From the IMG/VR virus record IMGVR_UViG_3300028888_001839, positions 121,001 through 185,000 of that record: 64,000 bases of DNA. The stretch is one strand, 5' to 3'. This document shows, piece by piece, positions 10,036 to 19,946 of this stretch. Under the pieces are notes generated by a model. The model was not told the DNA's origin and did no database searches. It worked only from the letters and a program-made list of their open reading frames with translations. The DNA comes from a virus. Lineage: Duplodnaviria > Heunggongvirae > Uroviricota > Caudoviricetes. The stretch's first letter is position 1. Every line of letters starts with the position of its first letter. A program made the translations under genes and the position numbers.

Positions 10036-10962
10036 ATGAATCTGACAGAGAAAATGATGGATGAGAACTACGAAAGGCTTTCAAACGGCCCAGTCGTGGA
10101 GCAGTCCAAGTCGTTTCGGGACAAGTGCAAGGGAGCCATCTTCGGTACTATCGTAGGCGATGCCCTTTTTGCGCCGATTGAGTTTTCCTCCAAATTGGGG
10201 CACAAGTGGATTGACAAGATGGTGGGAGGCGGCTCATGGGGGCTTCCTGCTGGCTACTATACAGATGATTCGAGTATGATGCTCTGCATCATGCAGGGTT
10301 TTCTTGACAATCCAAAACACTACACGAAGAGCATTGCGGAGGCTTTCTGCAAATGGTGGCACGATGGGCTTTGGAGTTCTAATGGGCGGTGCTTTGACAT
10401 TGGGAGCAGTTGCTCTTCGGGGCTTAGTAGTTTTGAGAGGATGGGGAATCTCGTCAACGGCGGTGAGCATAGCCGTGGTTGCGGCGGCATAATGCGCTTT
10501 GCATCTTCTTGGATGGTGGAGTACAAGGTCTCTGGAGACAAGATGGCAAACCGTCGTCTTGGGGCCATGCTGGACATCAACAACATCGACCACTACAATG
10601 ACGAGTGCATCGGAGCGGTTGTGAAACTTGCAAGCATTTACAATAGCCATCTTCTGGACAATAGGAGGACGGAGGAGAAGAGCGAATACAAGAACTGGAA
10701 AGAAGCCACTGGTGGATTTGATGCTCACGGATGTCTTGAGACTGCACTCTGGGCTTTCAACACCACGAACAACTTCAGGGATGCTGTTATTGCAAGTGGG
10801 AATGTCGGAGGTGACACGGATAGCGTTGCTGCTGTTGCCGGAGGCATTGCAGGGTCGTATTACGGATACGATGCGATTCCGACTGAATGGTTATGTATGA
10901 TTCCGTACAACTACAAGATTGATGCCTTTGTAGACAAGTTCCTCGATGCTACAATAGGATGA
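10036..10962 (+). CDS. ADP-ribosylglycohydrolase (DraG/ARH family)
   Basis: G.IVGDALF.P.EF, YTDDS, GGDTDS.AAVAGGIAG; likely start ATG 10036 after AAGGAG. Confidence 0.93.
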   Translation: MNLTEKMMDENYERLSNGPVVEQSKSFRDKCKGAIFGTIVGDALFAPIEFSSKLGHKWIDKMVGGGSWGLPAGYYTDDSSMMLCIMQGFLDNPKHYTKSIAEAFCKWWHDGLWSSNGRCFDIGSSCSSGLSSFERMGNLVNGGEHSRGCGGIMRFASSWMVEYKVSGDKMANRRLGAMLDINNIDHYNDECIGAVVKLASIYNSHLLDNRRTEEKSEYKNWKEATGGFDAHGCLETALWAFNTTNNFRDAVIASGNVGGDTDSVAAVAGGIAGSYYGYDAIPTEWLCMIPYNYKIDAFVDKFLDATIG

Positions 10963-10995
10963 TGCATCTGCCTTGTCATTGCGGCATTTATTGCG

Positions 10996-12618
10996 ATGAC
11001 AGGAATACAGGGCTTTTTGGCAGGCATACTAGAAGAAGTGCCGTCTCAACCGCATGTTAATAGCGGCTCTGGGATGGTACTCGTTCGGTCTCCAAAGGTA
11101 GCACAGGACGAACTTGTTGAAGCATTCATGGAGAAGTTTGCGGCTGATGCAAAGCCTAGAAGAGAACCTACGCTAGAAGAGCACGATAGGCAGCATCACC
11201 CCGGCGGATTCAACCCGGAGACGGAGACCTGCAAGTTTCGTGAGAAGTTGAAGCAGAAGGATTCAGTAGACCTCATTTATGCGACGAGCGACGTGCATCA
11301 TAGCGGGATTGAGGGGATAACTGATAAGGAGTGCGGGACGATAGTGCTTGCCGGGGATTTCATGGAAAAGGCGAAGCATCATGCGGATTTCGGGAGCGCG
11401 GAGAAGTGGTGGAAAGACAAGTTCCTTCCGTGGTGCGAAGACCATAAAGGTCAGCAGATAGTCATTATCGGCGGGAACTGCGACAAGTGGCTCTATGAGA
11501 ATAGAGACAAGGTAGAGTGGCCGAAGAACGTTCACTATCTGGACGACAGCTTGTCAGAGGTGAACGGGATGAAGGTATATGGGACGTCTTGGTGTCCGCA
11601 CAACATGAACGGAGCTTGGGAAGTAGACAACGATGTTCTTGAGAAAGAGTTTGCCAAGATTCCAGAAGGGCTAGATATTCTAGTTACGCATGTCCCGCCA
11701 AAGGGGGAAGGGTTAGACCTAGACCACGATACGTCATTCAACAATCACTTCGGCTCGGAGGCATTGACAAAGGCTATATTGGAGAAGAAACCTAAGATAG
11801 TCTTGTGCGGTCATGTGCATAGCGGGTCTCACAAACCAGTGATGATAGGCGATTCCATTGTCATGAACGTGTCTAGGATAGATGACGACAGGTATGAGCA
11901 GTCGTTTCATGGACGTCGGATAGGAGTTGAACGGACGGACAACGGCATAGGTTTCTTGGTTGATATGGACGATGAGGGGAAAATCTCTCTAGGGAAGAAA
12001 GAGGATATACCCCCAAGCATCATAAAGATGCGTGATGCCTTACGTAGAGTTGCCAGAAGCATTGGGAGCGCTATCGACTACAAGAAGCCAGAAGGACCGG
12101 ACAAGAAACTTGTTGCGAAAGCACATAAGGCAATAGAAGCCGCCAAGAAGGACATGGAGACATTCAACCACCCGAAGAAGAAGATGCTTACTGCGGCGAT
12201 AGAAGGTTTCCTAGAGAGCGAGAAGGGCGGCTTTGCGACTCCAATGAGACGGATAGGTAAGCTCTACGACGGCGACAAGAATGGCAAGGATGAGCAGTTC
12301 CACTTCACTTGGGAATCTCCTTGGAAGGGTGGACATGGGACTTCGCATAGTAGCGGCGGGCATTATTCATTTGCTTCGGCAATGAGCGGTCATTCGCAAG
12401 GCGGATTGTTCGGCGGTGGCCCAATTCCTTATAGCCATAGTCATCATGTGAACCAGTTCGGAAAGTACAAAGACCCATGGAAGAGCGGTTCTTCAATAGA
12501 CGACATCTTGGCGGCTTGGGAAGCTGAGCATAGTGGTGGGGATTCGAGTGGAGGTTCGCAATGGGAGCCGATAGAGGAAAGCATTTTCGATGAAGATGGG
12601 CTACCGAAGCACAAATAG
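10996..12618 (+). CDS. calcineurin-like metallophosphoesterase with N- and C-terminal extensions
   Basis: SDVH, AGDF, GGNCD, VTHVPP, CGHVH; AQDE/AADA motifs in the N-terminal extension. Confidence 0.85.
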   Translation: MTGIQGFLAGILEEVPSQPHVNSGSGMVLVRSPKVAQDELVEAFMEKFAADAKPRREPTLEEHDRQHHPGGFNPETETCKFREKLKQKDSVDLIYATSDVHHSGIEGITDKECGTIVLAGDFMEKAKHHADFGSAEKWWKDKFLPWCEDHKGQQIVIIGGNCDKWLYENRDKVEWPKNVHYLDDSLSEVNGMKVYGTSWCPHNMNGAWEVDNDVLEKEFAKIPEGLDILVTHVPPKGEGLDLDHDTSFNNHFGSEALTKAILEKKPKIVLCGHVHSGSHKPVMIGDSIVMNVSRIDDDRYEQSFHGRRIGVERTDNGIGFLVDMDDEGKISLGKKEDIPPSIIKMRDALRRVARSIGSAIDYKKPEGPDKKLVAKAHKAIEAAKKDMETFNHPKKKMLTAAIEGFLESEKGGFATPMRRIGKLYDGDKNGKDEQFHFTWESPWKGGHGTSHSSGGHYSFASAMSGHSQGGLFGGGPIPYSHSHHVNQFGKYKDPWKSGSSIDDILAAWEAEHSGGDSSGGSQWEPIEESIFDEDGLPKHK

Positions 12619-12635
12619 CATAGAAGGGCATTGTT

Positions 12636-12974
12636 ATGGCAGATGAGAAGAAAGCAACAAAGAAATCAAAGGCATCGCCATTGAATGAGGCGGTGTTGAA
12701 ATTGGTGGAGGGGATGAAGCCAAAGGCGGCGAACCTTATTATAGAGGCATACAACGAAATGCCATACATAGTCAGGGATGCCTTAGACGAATACTATAGG
12801 GCTAAAGAGGGAATCTCAGACAAGGAAGGGCTAGACTCTGTTAGAAAATCTCTTGAGGCTCTTAAGGAAGCATGTGAGGCAAATCCAGAGTATATGCAAC
12901 TTTACGATGCCGCCAAGGGAGATGCCAACCAGGAGATTGCAGAACTATATGCCAATGGTGGGATGTCTGTCTAG
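12636..12974 (+). CDS. hypothetical protein
   Basis: 112-aa ORF in operon order. Confidence 0.7.
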   Translation: MADEKKATKKSKASPLNEAVLKLVEGMKPKAANLIIEAYNEMPYIVRDALDEYYRAKEGISDKEGLDSVRKSLEALKEACEANPEYMQLYDAAKGDANQEIAELYANGGMSV

Positions 12975-12986
12975 GAGCATACTTTT

Positions 12987-13196
12987 ATGGCATCTTTCCT
13001 GTGGTTCTGTCTGGGGTTCGTTGTTGCTACAGTATTGTGGGCTCTAATAGCCGTGCTTTTTGCGGCTTGCATTTGCATGCCATTCATTCCATTGTTCATG
13101 ATGTCACACTCCACGGAGTCTTCGCTTGACAACTACAAAAGAGAACACCCATGGGCTTACCGATGGTGGTCTTTCGTGGCTTGGCTTCATGGGTAA
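12987..13196 (+). CDS. small membrane protein
   Basis: 69 aa, long hydrophobic N-terminus, AGGAG SD. Confidence 0.65.
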   Translation: MASFLWFCLGFVVATVLWALIAVLFAACICMPFIPLFMMSHSTESSLDNYKREHPWAYRWWSFVAWLHG

Positions 13197-13242
13197 TGAC
13201 GATTTAGGGGCTAACGGAAATTCGCTACCTTAGGACCCTAAC

Positions 13243-13277
13243 GGCCTTTCCGCATAACCTGCGGAGAGGCTTTTTTT
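13243..13277 (+). terminator. intrinsic terminator
   Basis: GCCTTTCCGCA-TAACC-TGCGGAGAGGC followed by T7. Confidence 0.75.
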
Positions 13278-13295
13278 GTTGGACTTGATGGGCTA

Positions 13296-13325
13296 TTGCA
13301 GAACCATGGGAGAATGTGGTATAAT
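13296..13325 (+). promoter_or_regulatory. sigma70-like phage promoter
   Basis: TTGCAG-18bp-TATAAT with TG extension. Confidence 0.7.
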
Positions 13326-13384
13326 GATACCCGTTCCTCGTGGAATCGAAGAAAACAAACAAAACAGATGAAAGGACTAAAGAA

Positions 13385-13915
13385 ATGAAGTTCGGAAAGA
13401 TGATGGCGGTATTTGCTGCCGCTGCAACAATCGTCTGCGCTGGATGCAAGTCGCTTCCAACGGCAGAGGTGATGAAGACCACAGCAACCTCTATCGGGTA
13501 TGCTGCAGGACTTGTGGCTAACGAGACGAAAATCGACGACAAGGCGAGAAACACCATCGTTGAAATCGTCAATGAGGTTGCCAAGGTTGTCCCCGCGCAG
13601 GGGCAGAAGTTTGAGGAAGCATGGACTCCAGTCGCAAAGGAGATTGTGGCTAAGCTCATTGCTGACGGCAAAATTACAGAGGGAATCGGAACGATTTCTC
13701 TTGCCGCATTTGGAATCGCCGTGAAGGGTATAGACTACATTTTCGACATACGCTATCCGAAGGCGAGAGAGTATGAGGAACTTGTAGCAGCCGCAGTGTC
13801 TGGGTTTACAGATGGCTTCCTTACCGTGTTCAAGCCGGCAAACGATGCTACGAAGGGTACTGCTTACAAGGCAGATGATGCCGCATATAAGTGGCTCAAG
13901 GCGAATGTCAAGTAG
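13385..13915 (+). CDS. lipoprotein
   Basis: Signal peptide MKFGKMMAVFAAAATIVCAG-C ending in a lipobox. Confidence 0.75.
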   Translation: MKFGKMMAVFAAAATIVCAGCKSLPTAEVMKTTATSIGYAAGLVANETKIDDKARNTIVEIVNEVAKVVPAQGQKFEEAWTPVAKEIVAKLIADGKITEGIGTISLAAFGIAVKGIDYIFDIRYPKAREYEELVAAAVSGFTDGFLTVFKPANDATKGTAYKADDAAYKWLKANVK

Positions 13916-13947
13916 GAATGTTTCTATCAATATTGACAATGCCAAGA

Positions 13948-13984
13948 CAGGCCCGTTCCTCAAGGAGCGGGCTTGTGTTTTTTT
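13948..13984 (+). terminator. intrinsic terminator
   Basis: AGGCCCGTTCC...GGAGCGGGCTT followed by T-run. Confidence 0.7.
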
Positions 13985-13996
13985 GTAAAAGGGCGA

Positions 13997-14026
13997 TTGC
14001 AAGGGGATAAGGGCTTGTGGTATAAT
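13997..14026 (+). promoter_or_regulatory. sigma70-like phage promoter
   Basis: TTGCAA-18bp-TATAAT. Confidence 0.7.
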
Positions 14027-14073
14027 AAGGGCGACATCTGGGAAGTCCAGATACCAAAACAGGAGAAAAAACA

Positions 14074-14556
14074 ATGCACAAGCCTCTTACGAAAGAGCAG
14101 AAGGAAAAGATCGATTGGCTATATCGAGAGCGTGGCTGGCCAATCAAGAAGATTGCCAAGCATCTCCATATCGGAGACAAGCGGGTTTCCGCATACCTCC
14201 GTGGGAAGACTTGCGGATGCGAATGCAACAAGAAGCCCCATAAGAAGGTGAACGATTCATTTCTTGTCACGGTAAAAGGACTTGCCAAGACCTATGAGAA
14301 GGCTTGCAGCAACTTTGTGGATACCGTGTACAAGATTATCCTCGAAGAAATCTCCGATTTGCTCTCAACGAAGAAAATCACAAAGAAGGAATGTGAGAAG
14401 AGAGTCGATGGAAGGCTTGACCGCCTCTTCGATGCCTCCATGAATCTGACCTATTCGGCTGGGTGCGCAGCGATTTTCTCGATGCCACCAAAGTTTAAGC
14501 GGTTGTGGCTGGAAAGCATTCTTCGAAACCCAAAGGAAGTTATTAAGAAGAAGTAA
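14074..14556 (+). CDS. helix-turn-helix protein
   Basis: N-terminal LYRERGWPIKKIAKHLHIGDKRVSAYLR HTH pattern. Confidence 0.65.
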   Translation: MHKPLTKEQKEKIDWLYRERGWPIKKIAKHLHIGDKRVSAYLRGKTCGCECNKKPHKKVNDSFLVTVKGLAKTYEKACSNFVDTVYKIILEEISDLLSTKKITKKECEKRVDGRLDRLFDASMNLTYSAGCAAIFSMPPKFKRLWLESILRNPKEVIKKK

Positions 14557-14577
14557 GACACAAAGGAGACAAAGAAG

Positions 14578-14781
14578 ATGATTTACTCGCCAATTGAAAT
14601 CAACGTCAAGTTCGACGAAACGAAGAAGGTAAGGAAGATTCGCGGGGTTCTGCTCGAGAAAGCTGAAATCGCAAAGGTCGTGAAGCTAATAGACAAGAGC
14701 AATTCTGATGGGCTGAAAGGGAATGATGCGATTCTTCTGATGCGGCTCAAGGAGGCGGCTGCTGACTTGGCAAAGAAGTAA
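14578..14781 (+). CDS. hypothetical protein
   Basis: 67 aa, AAGGAG SD. Confidence 0.65.
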   Translation: MIYSPIEINVKFDETKKVRKIRGVLLEKAEIAKVVKLIDKSNSDGLKGNDAILLMRLKEAAADLAKK

Positions 14782-14918
14782 TTGGCTCTGTTCGAGTCCT
14801 AGACATCAAAACGTCAGCCGCTGGGGGAATGGTGGATTGTTACCTTCTCTCGGCGGTTTTCTGTTTGTCTAGTAATCATAGGCATATTGTGAGCGGAAGA
14901 AGGAAGGATTGTCGCAAT

Positions 14919-16430
14919 ATGGCAGACGAAGTTAAAAGCATACTGGTTGAATCGTTGGAGACCGCAAACAAGGATGGGACTTCAATGAAGGAGTTCCTTG
15001 CAGACTGTCTGCTTTCTTCTTTTGGCAAGGCTACCATGGATGAAAGCATCTTCAAGCGCAAGAGAGGAAGACCGAGGAAGGATGAGAATCAATTGAACGA
15101 TCTCCCTGAAGAGAGGCATGCGAGGGCAGCATTACTTGAAGAGAAGAAGGCACAGGCTAGAATGCGGGACAGGATAAACCCAGGGGCAACGAAGGAAGAG
15201 CGGCAGAAGATAGAATACAATGCTGAACTGCGGGAGATTGGGTGGGACTTGGAGGAATGTCCGGGGAAGGATTCAGAATTCGTGGAAATGGAGGAAGACC
15301 TCAAGTCTCTTCGCGATGAGGCGGGAAATCCGAGTGAGCCGTTTGGTGAGGACGAAGGTTTCAAGAAAGCCAGCAAGGAATTCAAGGACTTGAAGGAAGA
15401 AGTCGTTCTCTATTATGGCAAAGCAAAGGAGTATCTTGGGAAGAATGATTTTCGCAGAGTAGAGGAGATGGTATCATACCTGAAGCCGAAGCCAAGAGAG
15501 TTGACGCAGAAGTTTGAGACGGTAGAAAAGGCTTACGATGCCTTGTGCGAAGCATTGTGTGCAATGGCAGATGCGGATGGGAGAGGTAGAGGAGCGGCTA
15601 ACCCTGACTCATTGGAGGTGGAGAAGAAGGGTTTTGGGATGATGGATGGAGAGGACTATTCGGAATATGCGAAGAGAATGAAGTCTATAGGTCTTGGGAA
15701 AGAGATTCCAAAGACTATAAGGAACATAGACAACATTGTGGAGAATACGGAACGGCGCTGGCGGAGCGTCGCCGGGATTTCAATTTCGGACTTCAAGACA
15801 ATCAAGGAGAATTGGCAGAAGACGATACGTAGGCTGCTAGGGAAGAGTTTCATATCTAGCAACCTAAAGATAGATGGCGTGAACAGGCTTCTTTCGTATG
15901 GGCTAGATTTTGGTGATTATGATGTCGGCTATGGGATTTTGCAGCCAATGAATCCATTCATGGCATCTGTGACCATGGGTGGGCAGTATGGTGAGATTAT
16001 CGTGAAATGGAAGCCATACAAGGTTGTCTCTACCATGTCATTTGCAGATAGCATATCCATGGGAAGGGGAGGATACAATTTCGTTTGTGCATCGTTTTTG
16101 ACATGTCCATCGCCATGTTCGTTCAACCCAGAAAGCAAGACTTTGCTCAATAGGCTTCGCCATGAAGTCATGGATGCAAGCATAGAAGAACTATGCGACA
16201 TGACAGATATGCCGTATTGCGAACTGCAGTTGCATGGGAACACGGAGGATTACAATGCGGAAGCAGTAGAAAGCATCATGTTCTCTTCCGAATATGAAGT
16301 ATGCAACCTGACTTCCGAGGCGCTGAAAGCAATATCGGAAAATGGGATAACAATCTTCATAAAGGGAGAACCGATAAGTATTGAAGATGGCAAGATTGTC
16401 AAGACTTCAGAGATGGGAGGGCAGAAGTAA
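14919..16430 (+). CDS. putative capsid-cargo protein with DUF3626-like C-terminal domain
   Basis: ATMDE motif near the N-terminus; C-terminal YG..YG..T.S.ADS...CELQLHG pattern, recalled as DUF3626/ART-like. Confidence 0.5.
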   Translation: MADEVKSILVESLETANKDGTSMKEFLADCLLSSFGKATMDESIFKRKRGRPRKDENQLNDLPEERHARAALLEEKKAQARMRDRINPGATKEERQKIEYNAELREIGWDLEECPGKDSEFVEMEEDLKSLRDEAGNPSEPFGEDEGFKKASKEFKDLKEEVVLYYGKAKEYLGKNDFRRVEEMVSYLKPKPRELTQKFETVEKAYDALCEALCAMADADGRGRGAANPDSLEVEKKGFGMMDGEDYSEYAKRMKSIGLGKEIPKTIRNIDNIVENTERRWRSVAGISISDFKTIKENWQKTIRRLLGKSFISSNLKIDGVNRLLSYGLDFGDYDVGYGILQPMNPFMASVTMGGQYGEIIVKWKPYKVVSTMSFADSISMGRGGYNFVCASFLTCPSPCSFNPESKTLLNRLRHEVMDASIEELCDMTDMPYCELQLHGNTEDYNAEAVESIMFSSEYEVCNLTSEALKAISENGITIFIKGEPISIEDGKIVKTSEMGGQK

Positions 16431-16903
16431 TGCAGTTGAAATACAAGTTCTACTATGGGGGGAACCACAACCCTTTCAAGCAAGAGGCGGAAGATGCCTA
16501 TCGCAAGGTATCTGAAGAGAGGAAGATTGCAGATGGAGACAATGTAGAGCCAACAGAGAAGGTTCTCCCTACTCTTGCATCTTGGCCGCAGTATGTAATA
16601 GCCGAAAGCAAGTCAACGTTCTGGAAGATGGAACGTGCAATTGGCATGAATGCCGAAGCAAAGGCAGGAGAGGTTGAGACGATTTGGAGAGAGGCAGTAG
16701 GGCAGCGGAAGGTTGACAAATGGATCCTGTCGGCGGAAGGAGACGAGACGGAGAAGGCGATGTGCTATTACATCAAGGTGCTGCATGGCATGTTCGCTCC
16801 TAACGATAGGACAGTAGATTTTAGATTGTACTTCTCTGAAGGTGGCAAGGCAAAAAGGCTAGACATGGACGATGGATTTACATTGTCACCTTATGAAGAG
16901 TGA
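16430..16903 (+). CDS. hypothetical protein, possible partner or immunity protein of the upstream gene
   Basis: 157 aa; TAATG stop/start overlap; YKFYYGGNHNPF N-terminus. Confidence 0.6.
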   Translation: MQLKYKFYYGGNHNPFKQEAEDAYRKVSEERKIADGDNVEPTEKVLPTLASWPQYVIAESKSTFWKMERAIGMNAEAKAGEVETIWREAVGQRKVDKWILSAEGDETEKAMCYYIKVLHGMFAPNDRTVDFRLYFSEGGKAKRLDMDDGFTLSPYEE

Positions 16904-18296
16904 GCGAGAAAACACAATCCTTCAGGTTTGTGATGAAAGCGAGCTGGGATGTTGATTAATAGGCAGGAATTAGATAGGAAGCGAAACCCCTATGCAAACA
17001 AACCATAACCATTTTTACCGCATTCAGGTGTCTTGGCTGTTGTCCAAGGTTTCGCCATCTGTCTGCGGTTTTTGATTTGGCTATGAAGGTATACAAGTTC
17101 AAGGCATACGACAGGGCGAAAGACGGGGTTCAAGACCGTCTCATCACCCGCTTTGGATTTGTGAGGAACTATGCCGTCCGAATGATGGAAGGGTACTACA
17201 AGTTCTATAGGAAGACCCTATCTGCATTTGAACTTTCCAACCACATAGCGAAGAAGAAGAAAAGAAATTGCCGCACTGCTAAAATGGTAGAAGGCTTGCC
17301 GTCACAGGCAGTTCAGGAGTGCATAGGGAGGGTGTACAAGGGCTTGCGGAACTTCTTCTCCTACTGCAAGAGGAAGAAAGTTGGAAAGACTGTTGACAGG
17401 GTTAGACCTCCAAAGATGAGGAAAGCAAGCCACAACAAGTCCTATACTCTTCTACAGGCAGGGTACAAGATAAACGGAAACCATGTTGTACTTCAAGGAC
17501 GGAGATACGGCTTTCACAAGTCACAGGAAATCAAGGGAAAGGTAAAGAGACTGACGATAAAGAGGGACAGGTGCGGAGACATCTGGTTCATCGTGCTGAC
17601 GGACTGGAACGATGTCCAAGAGATACCAATGACGGGTAAGGCTGCTGGGTTTGACTTTGGACTTAAGACGTTCCTGACGAGACACGACGGAATCAAGGTG
17701 GAGATGCCCCTGTTCTTCAAGAGAAACATGAATGAACTGGCGAAAGCACAGAAGCGAATGGCAAAGAAGGTAAAGGGAAGCCACAACCGCCACAAGGCTA
17801 GGCTTGCCGTGGCACGGCTCTACCGCCGCATAGAGAATCTTAGGAACGACTGGCAATGGAAACTTGCTAACGAGATAGTCAAGGAGTTCGACATCATCTG
17901 CATAGAGGACTTGAACCTTGAAGGAATGAAGAGGCTCTGGGGACGGAAGGTAAGCGACTACGGTTTTGCTGACTTTGTAGCCAAGCTGGAGTATCTAGCG
18001 GAGAAGAACGGAAAAGAAGTCCGCAAGGTAGACCGGTGGCTTGCCAGCAGCCAGACTTGCCACAAGTGCGGGCATAAGAATCCCGACACAAAGAACCTTC
18101 AGGTCCGAGAGTGGGTATGTCCCAATTGCGGAGCAAGGCACGACCGCGACGTGAATGCGGCGATAAACATTCTTACGGCAGGGACATCTGCCGATTGGCG
18201 AGGCTCAAGTAAGACCAGAAACTCCATGGAGGAGTTGGTGGCATGAACCGCTTGTAGCCAAGAATCCCAACAGCTTTAGCGTTGGGAGTATGTCAA
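16904..18296 (+). mobile_element. IS200/IS605-family element, TnpB only; left end uncertain
   Basis: tnpB plus a typical right end GAATCCCAAC-AGCTTTAGC-GTTGGGAGTATGTCAA ending in TCAA at 18296; no tnpA seen. Confidence 0.8.
17083..18246 (+). CDS. tnpB: RNA-guided nuclease TnpB
   Basis: RuvC I GFDFGLK, RuvC II IEDLN, zinc finger CHKC...CPNC, RuvC III DRDVNAA.NI. Confidence 0.95.
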   Translation: MKVYKFKAYDRAKDGVQDRLITRFGFVRNYAVRMMEGYYKFYRKTLSAFELSNHIAKKKKRNCRTAKMVEGLPSQAVQECIGRVYKGLRNFFSYCKRKKVGKTVDRVRPPKMRKASHNKSYTLLQAGYKINGNHVVLQGRRYGFHKSQEIKGKVKRLTIKRDRCGDIWFIVLTDWNDVQEIPMTGKAAGFDFGLKTFLTRHDGIKVEMPLFFKRNMNELAKAQKRMAKKVKGSHNRHKARLAVARLYRRIENLRNDWQWKLANEIVKEFDIICIEDLNLEGMKRLWGRKVSDYGFADFVAKLEYLAEKNGKEVRKVDRWLASSQTCHKCGHKNPDTKNLQVREWVCPNCGARHDRDVNAAINILTAGTSADWRGSSKTRNSMEELVA

Positions 18297-18346
18297 GAAG
18301 GGTGAAGTGATAGATTGAAAATGGGCTTGTGAAAGAAGGAAAGTAG

Positions 18347-19375
18347 ATGGAAAGGCCAAAGACAACATGGAGGGCTAAAAGCATCAAGGTGGCTGATGAT
18401 GCAAGAGAGCCTAGATGGGTTGCATGCAAGATATGCGGGACGGAAAACCTAACGTTCGCCACTTCTTCGGAAGATGGAGAATATGTTTGCAATAGTTGCA
18501 AGAAAGAAGATACGAGTCCTATATCTATGAGATGTTTGCGGCACAAGAAGAGATTCAATGTGCCGAGATGGTGGACAGATGTAAGCAGGTGGCTATGTCC
18601 AGCCTGCTATGATAGGCTTTCGGAAGAGGAACGTTCCAAGTATGCTCCTAAAGGGATAGAGCCTCCGACAAGGAGCGCCGAAGAAGGAAAACAAATAGTA
18701 TTACCTTCTAAAAACAAAAATGAGTATTGCCAGCCAAGTATAATCTCTTATCCTCAATATGATGAATCTAAGGAACTTGGTTCTCCTGATGTGTCATCGC
18801 CAGAATCGGTAGAACGAGCAGATGCCAAAGATACGAATCATGATAGCGACACTCCACTTAACTTTTCAAAATGGAAATGGAGCAGGAAAGAGACAAGGAT
18901 TGCCGACAACCCATCTTTTGCCGGGCTTCTTCCGAGATACAAGATAGCCTGCCAGAAGTGTGGAGAAGTTGTCCCATGCCATTATGTGTGGTTTGAGAAA
19001 AGCACGGTATTATGCCCTTCCTGCTATGGGCAGATGAACGATTTCGAGATTAAGAAGTTCCATGAGCAGCATAAGTTAGGAAAGCCAAGATACGAGCAGG
19101 ATGTACGCCCGTTTGTTTCGCTTCCGAAATCGGTATTGCAGAAAGTCGAAGTCCCACGATATAACTGGACTAGGCAATCGCAGCTAGTGAACAGTGGAGG
19201 GTACTGGTCTAATGCTCGAATCATGAGTGCTAGCGAAAAGGAACTGATAGATGCTGCGAGAAAAGGAATAGTTTCAAAGGCTAGGATGCGAATAGAACTA
19301 AAGCGGAGAAAACATTCCGAATACTTCGATATGTTGTCCGAAGAAGTCGGCGTAACTCCAATTCCTATGTTTTAG
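18347..19375 (+). CDS. multi-CxxC zinc-finger protein
   Basis: CKIC, CNSC, CPAC, CQKC and CPSC motifs. Confidence 0.65.
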   Translation: MERPKTTWRAKSIKVADDAREPRWVACKICGTENLTFATSSEDGEYVCNSCKKEDTSPISMRCLRHKKRFNVPRWWTDVSRWLCPACYDRLSEEERSKYAPKGIEPPTRSAEEGKQIVLPSKNKNEYCQPSIISYPQYDESKELGSPDVSSPESVERADAKDTNHDSDTPLNFSKWKWSRKETRIADNPSFAGLLPRYKIACQKCGEVVPCHYVWFEKSTVLCPSCYGQMNDFEIKKFHEQHKLGKPRYEQDVRPFVSLPKSVLQKVEVPRYNWTRQSQLVNSGGYWSNARIMSASEKELIDAARKGIVSKARMRIELKRRKHSEYFDMLSEEVGVTPIPMF

Positions 19376-19393
19376 ATTTCTGGCCACCCCCTC

Positions 19394-19423
19394 TTTACAG
19401 CCGTCCTGATTGTATGGTAGAAT
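19394..19423 (+). promoter_or_regulatory. sigma70-like phage promoter
   Basis: TTTACA-18bp-TAGAAT followed by ATGTGCCGT. Confidence 0.75.
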
Positions 19424-19447
19424 ATGTGCCGTCCGAGGACAAGGAAG

Positions 19448-19795
19448 ATGAAGAGAGTAGCCGCAATAGCAAGAATATGTTTTTTATCCCTCATGGAGGG
19501 ATGTGCTACTGCATATGTTGCGAATCTTCGTAGCGAGTATTCTGACAAGGGTGAGATTTATGGAGTATATCATGGAGACGATGAGTATCCGTGCATCTAT
19601 CCAGCAACAAGGATTTCCTTTTTTGTAGAAGTTCCTACTTGGTGGTGTCCGAGTGAGACGGAGATAGGAAGAGGGTATGAGGCATGGCTATGGCCGATTG
19701 GTGCTCCTCTATCCATAGTCGATGTTGTCTGCTCTATAGCAACCGATACGATAATGCTTCCATACGACTATTACACAAAAAGAATGGCAAGGTGA
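19448..19795 (+). CDS. YceK/YidQ-like lipoprotein
   Basis: Lipobox-like MEGC; IYPATR; C-terminal D..CS...DTIMLPYD. Confidence 0.6.
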   Translation: MKRVAAIARICFLSLMEGCATAYVANLRSEYSDKGEIYGVYHGDDEYPCIYPATRISFFVEVPTWWCPSETEIGRGYEAWLWPIGAPLSIVDVVCSIATDTIMLPYDYYTKRMAR

Positions 19796-19946
19796 CAAAT
19801 GAGTTCTGGACATGACAAGCGAGACAAGAGCACAAAGGATTCTCTAGTAGAAGCCTTGGAGGAAAAAAGTCTTGGGATTCCTGACAATCCAACGTTACCT
19901 CTTGTAGGTTCGGAAAATGTGCCTATTTCAGAAGAGGAGGAGAAGG

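Noticed and set aside
16904-17082. tnpA or a defined left end for the IS605 element
   Set aside because: No HUH/Y1 ORF or unambiguous left-end hairpin was found, so the left boundary is approximate.
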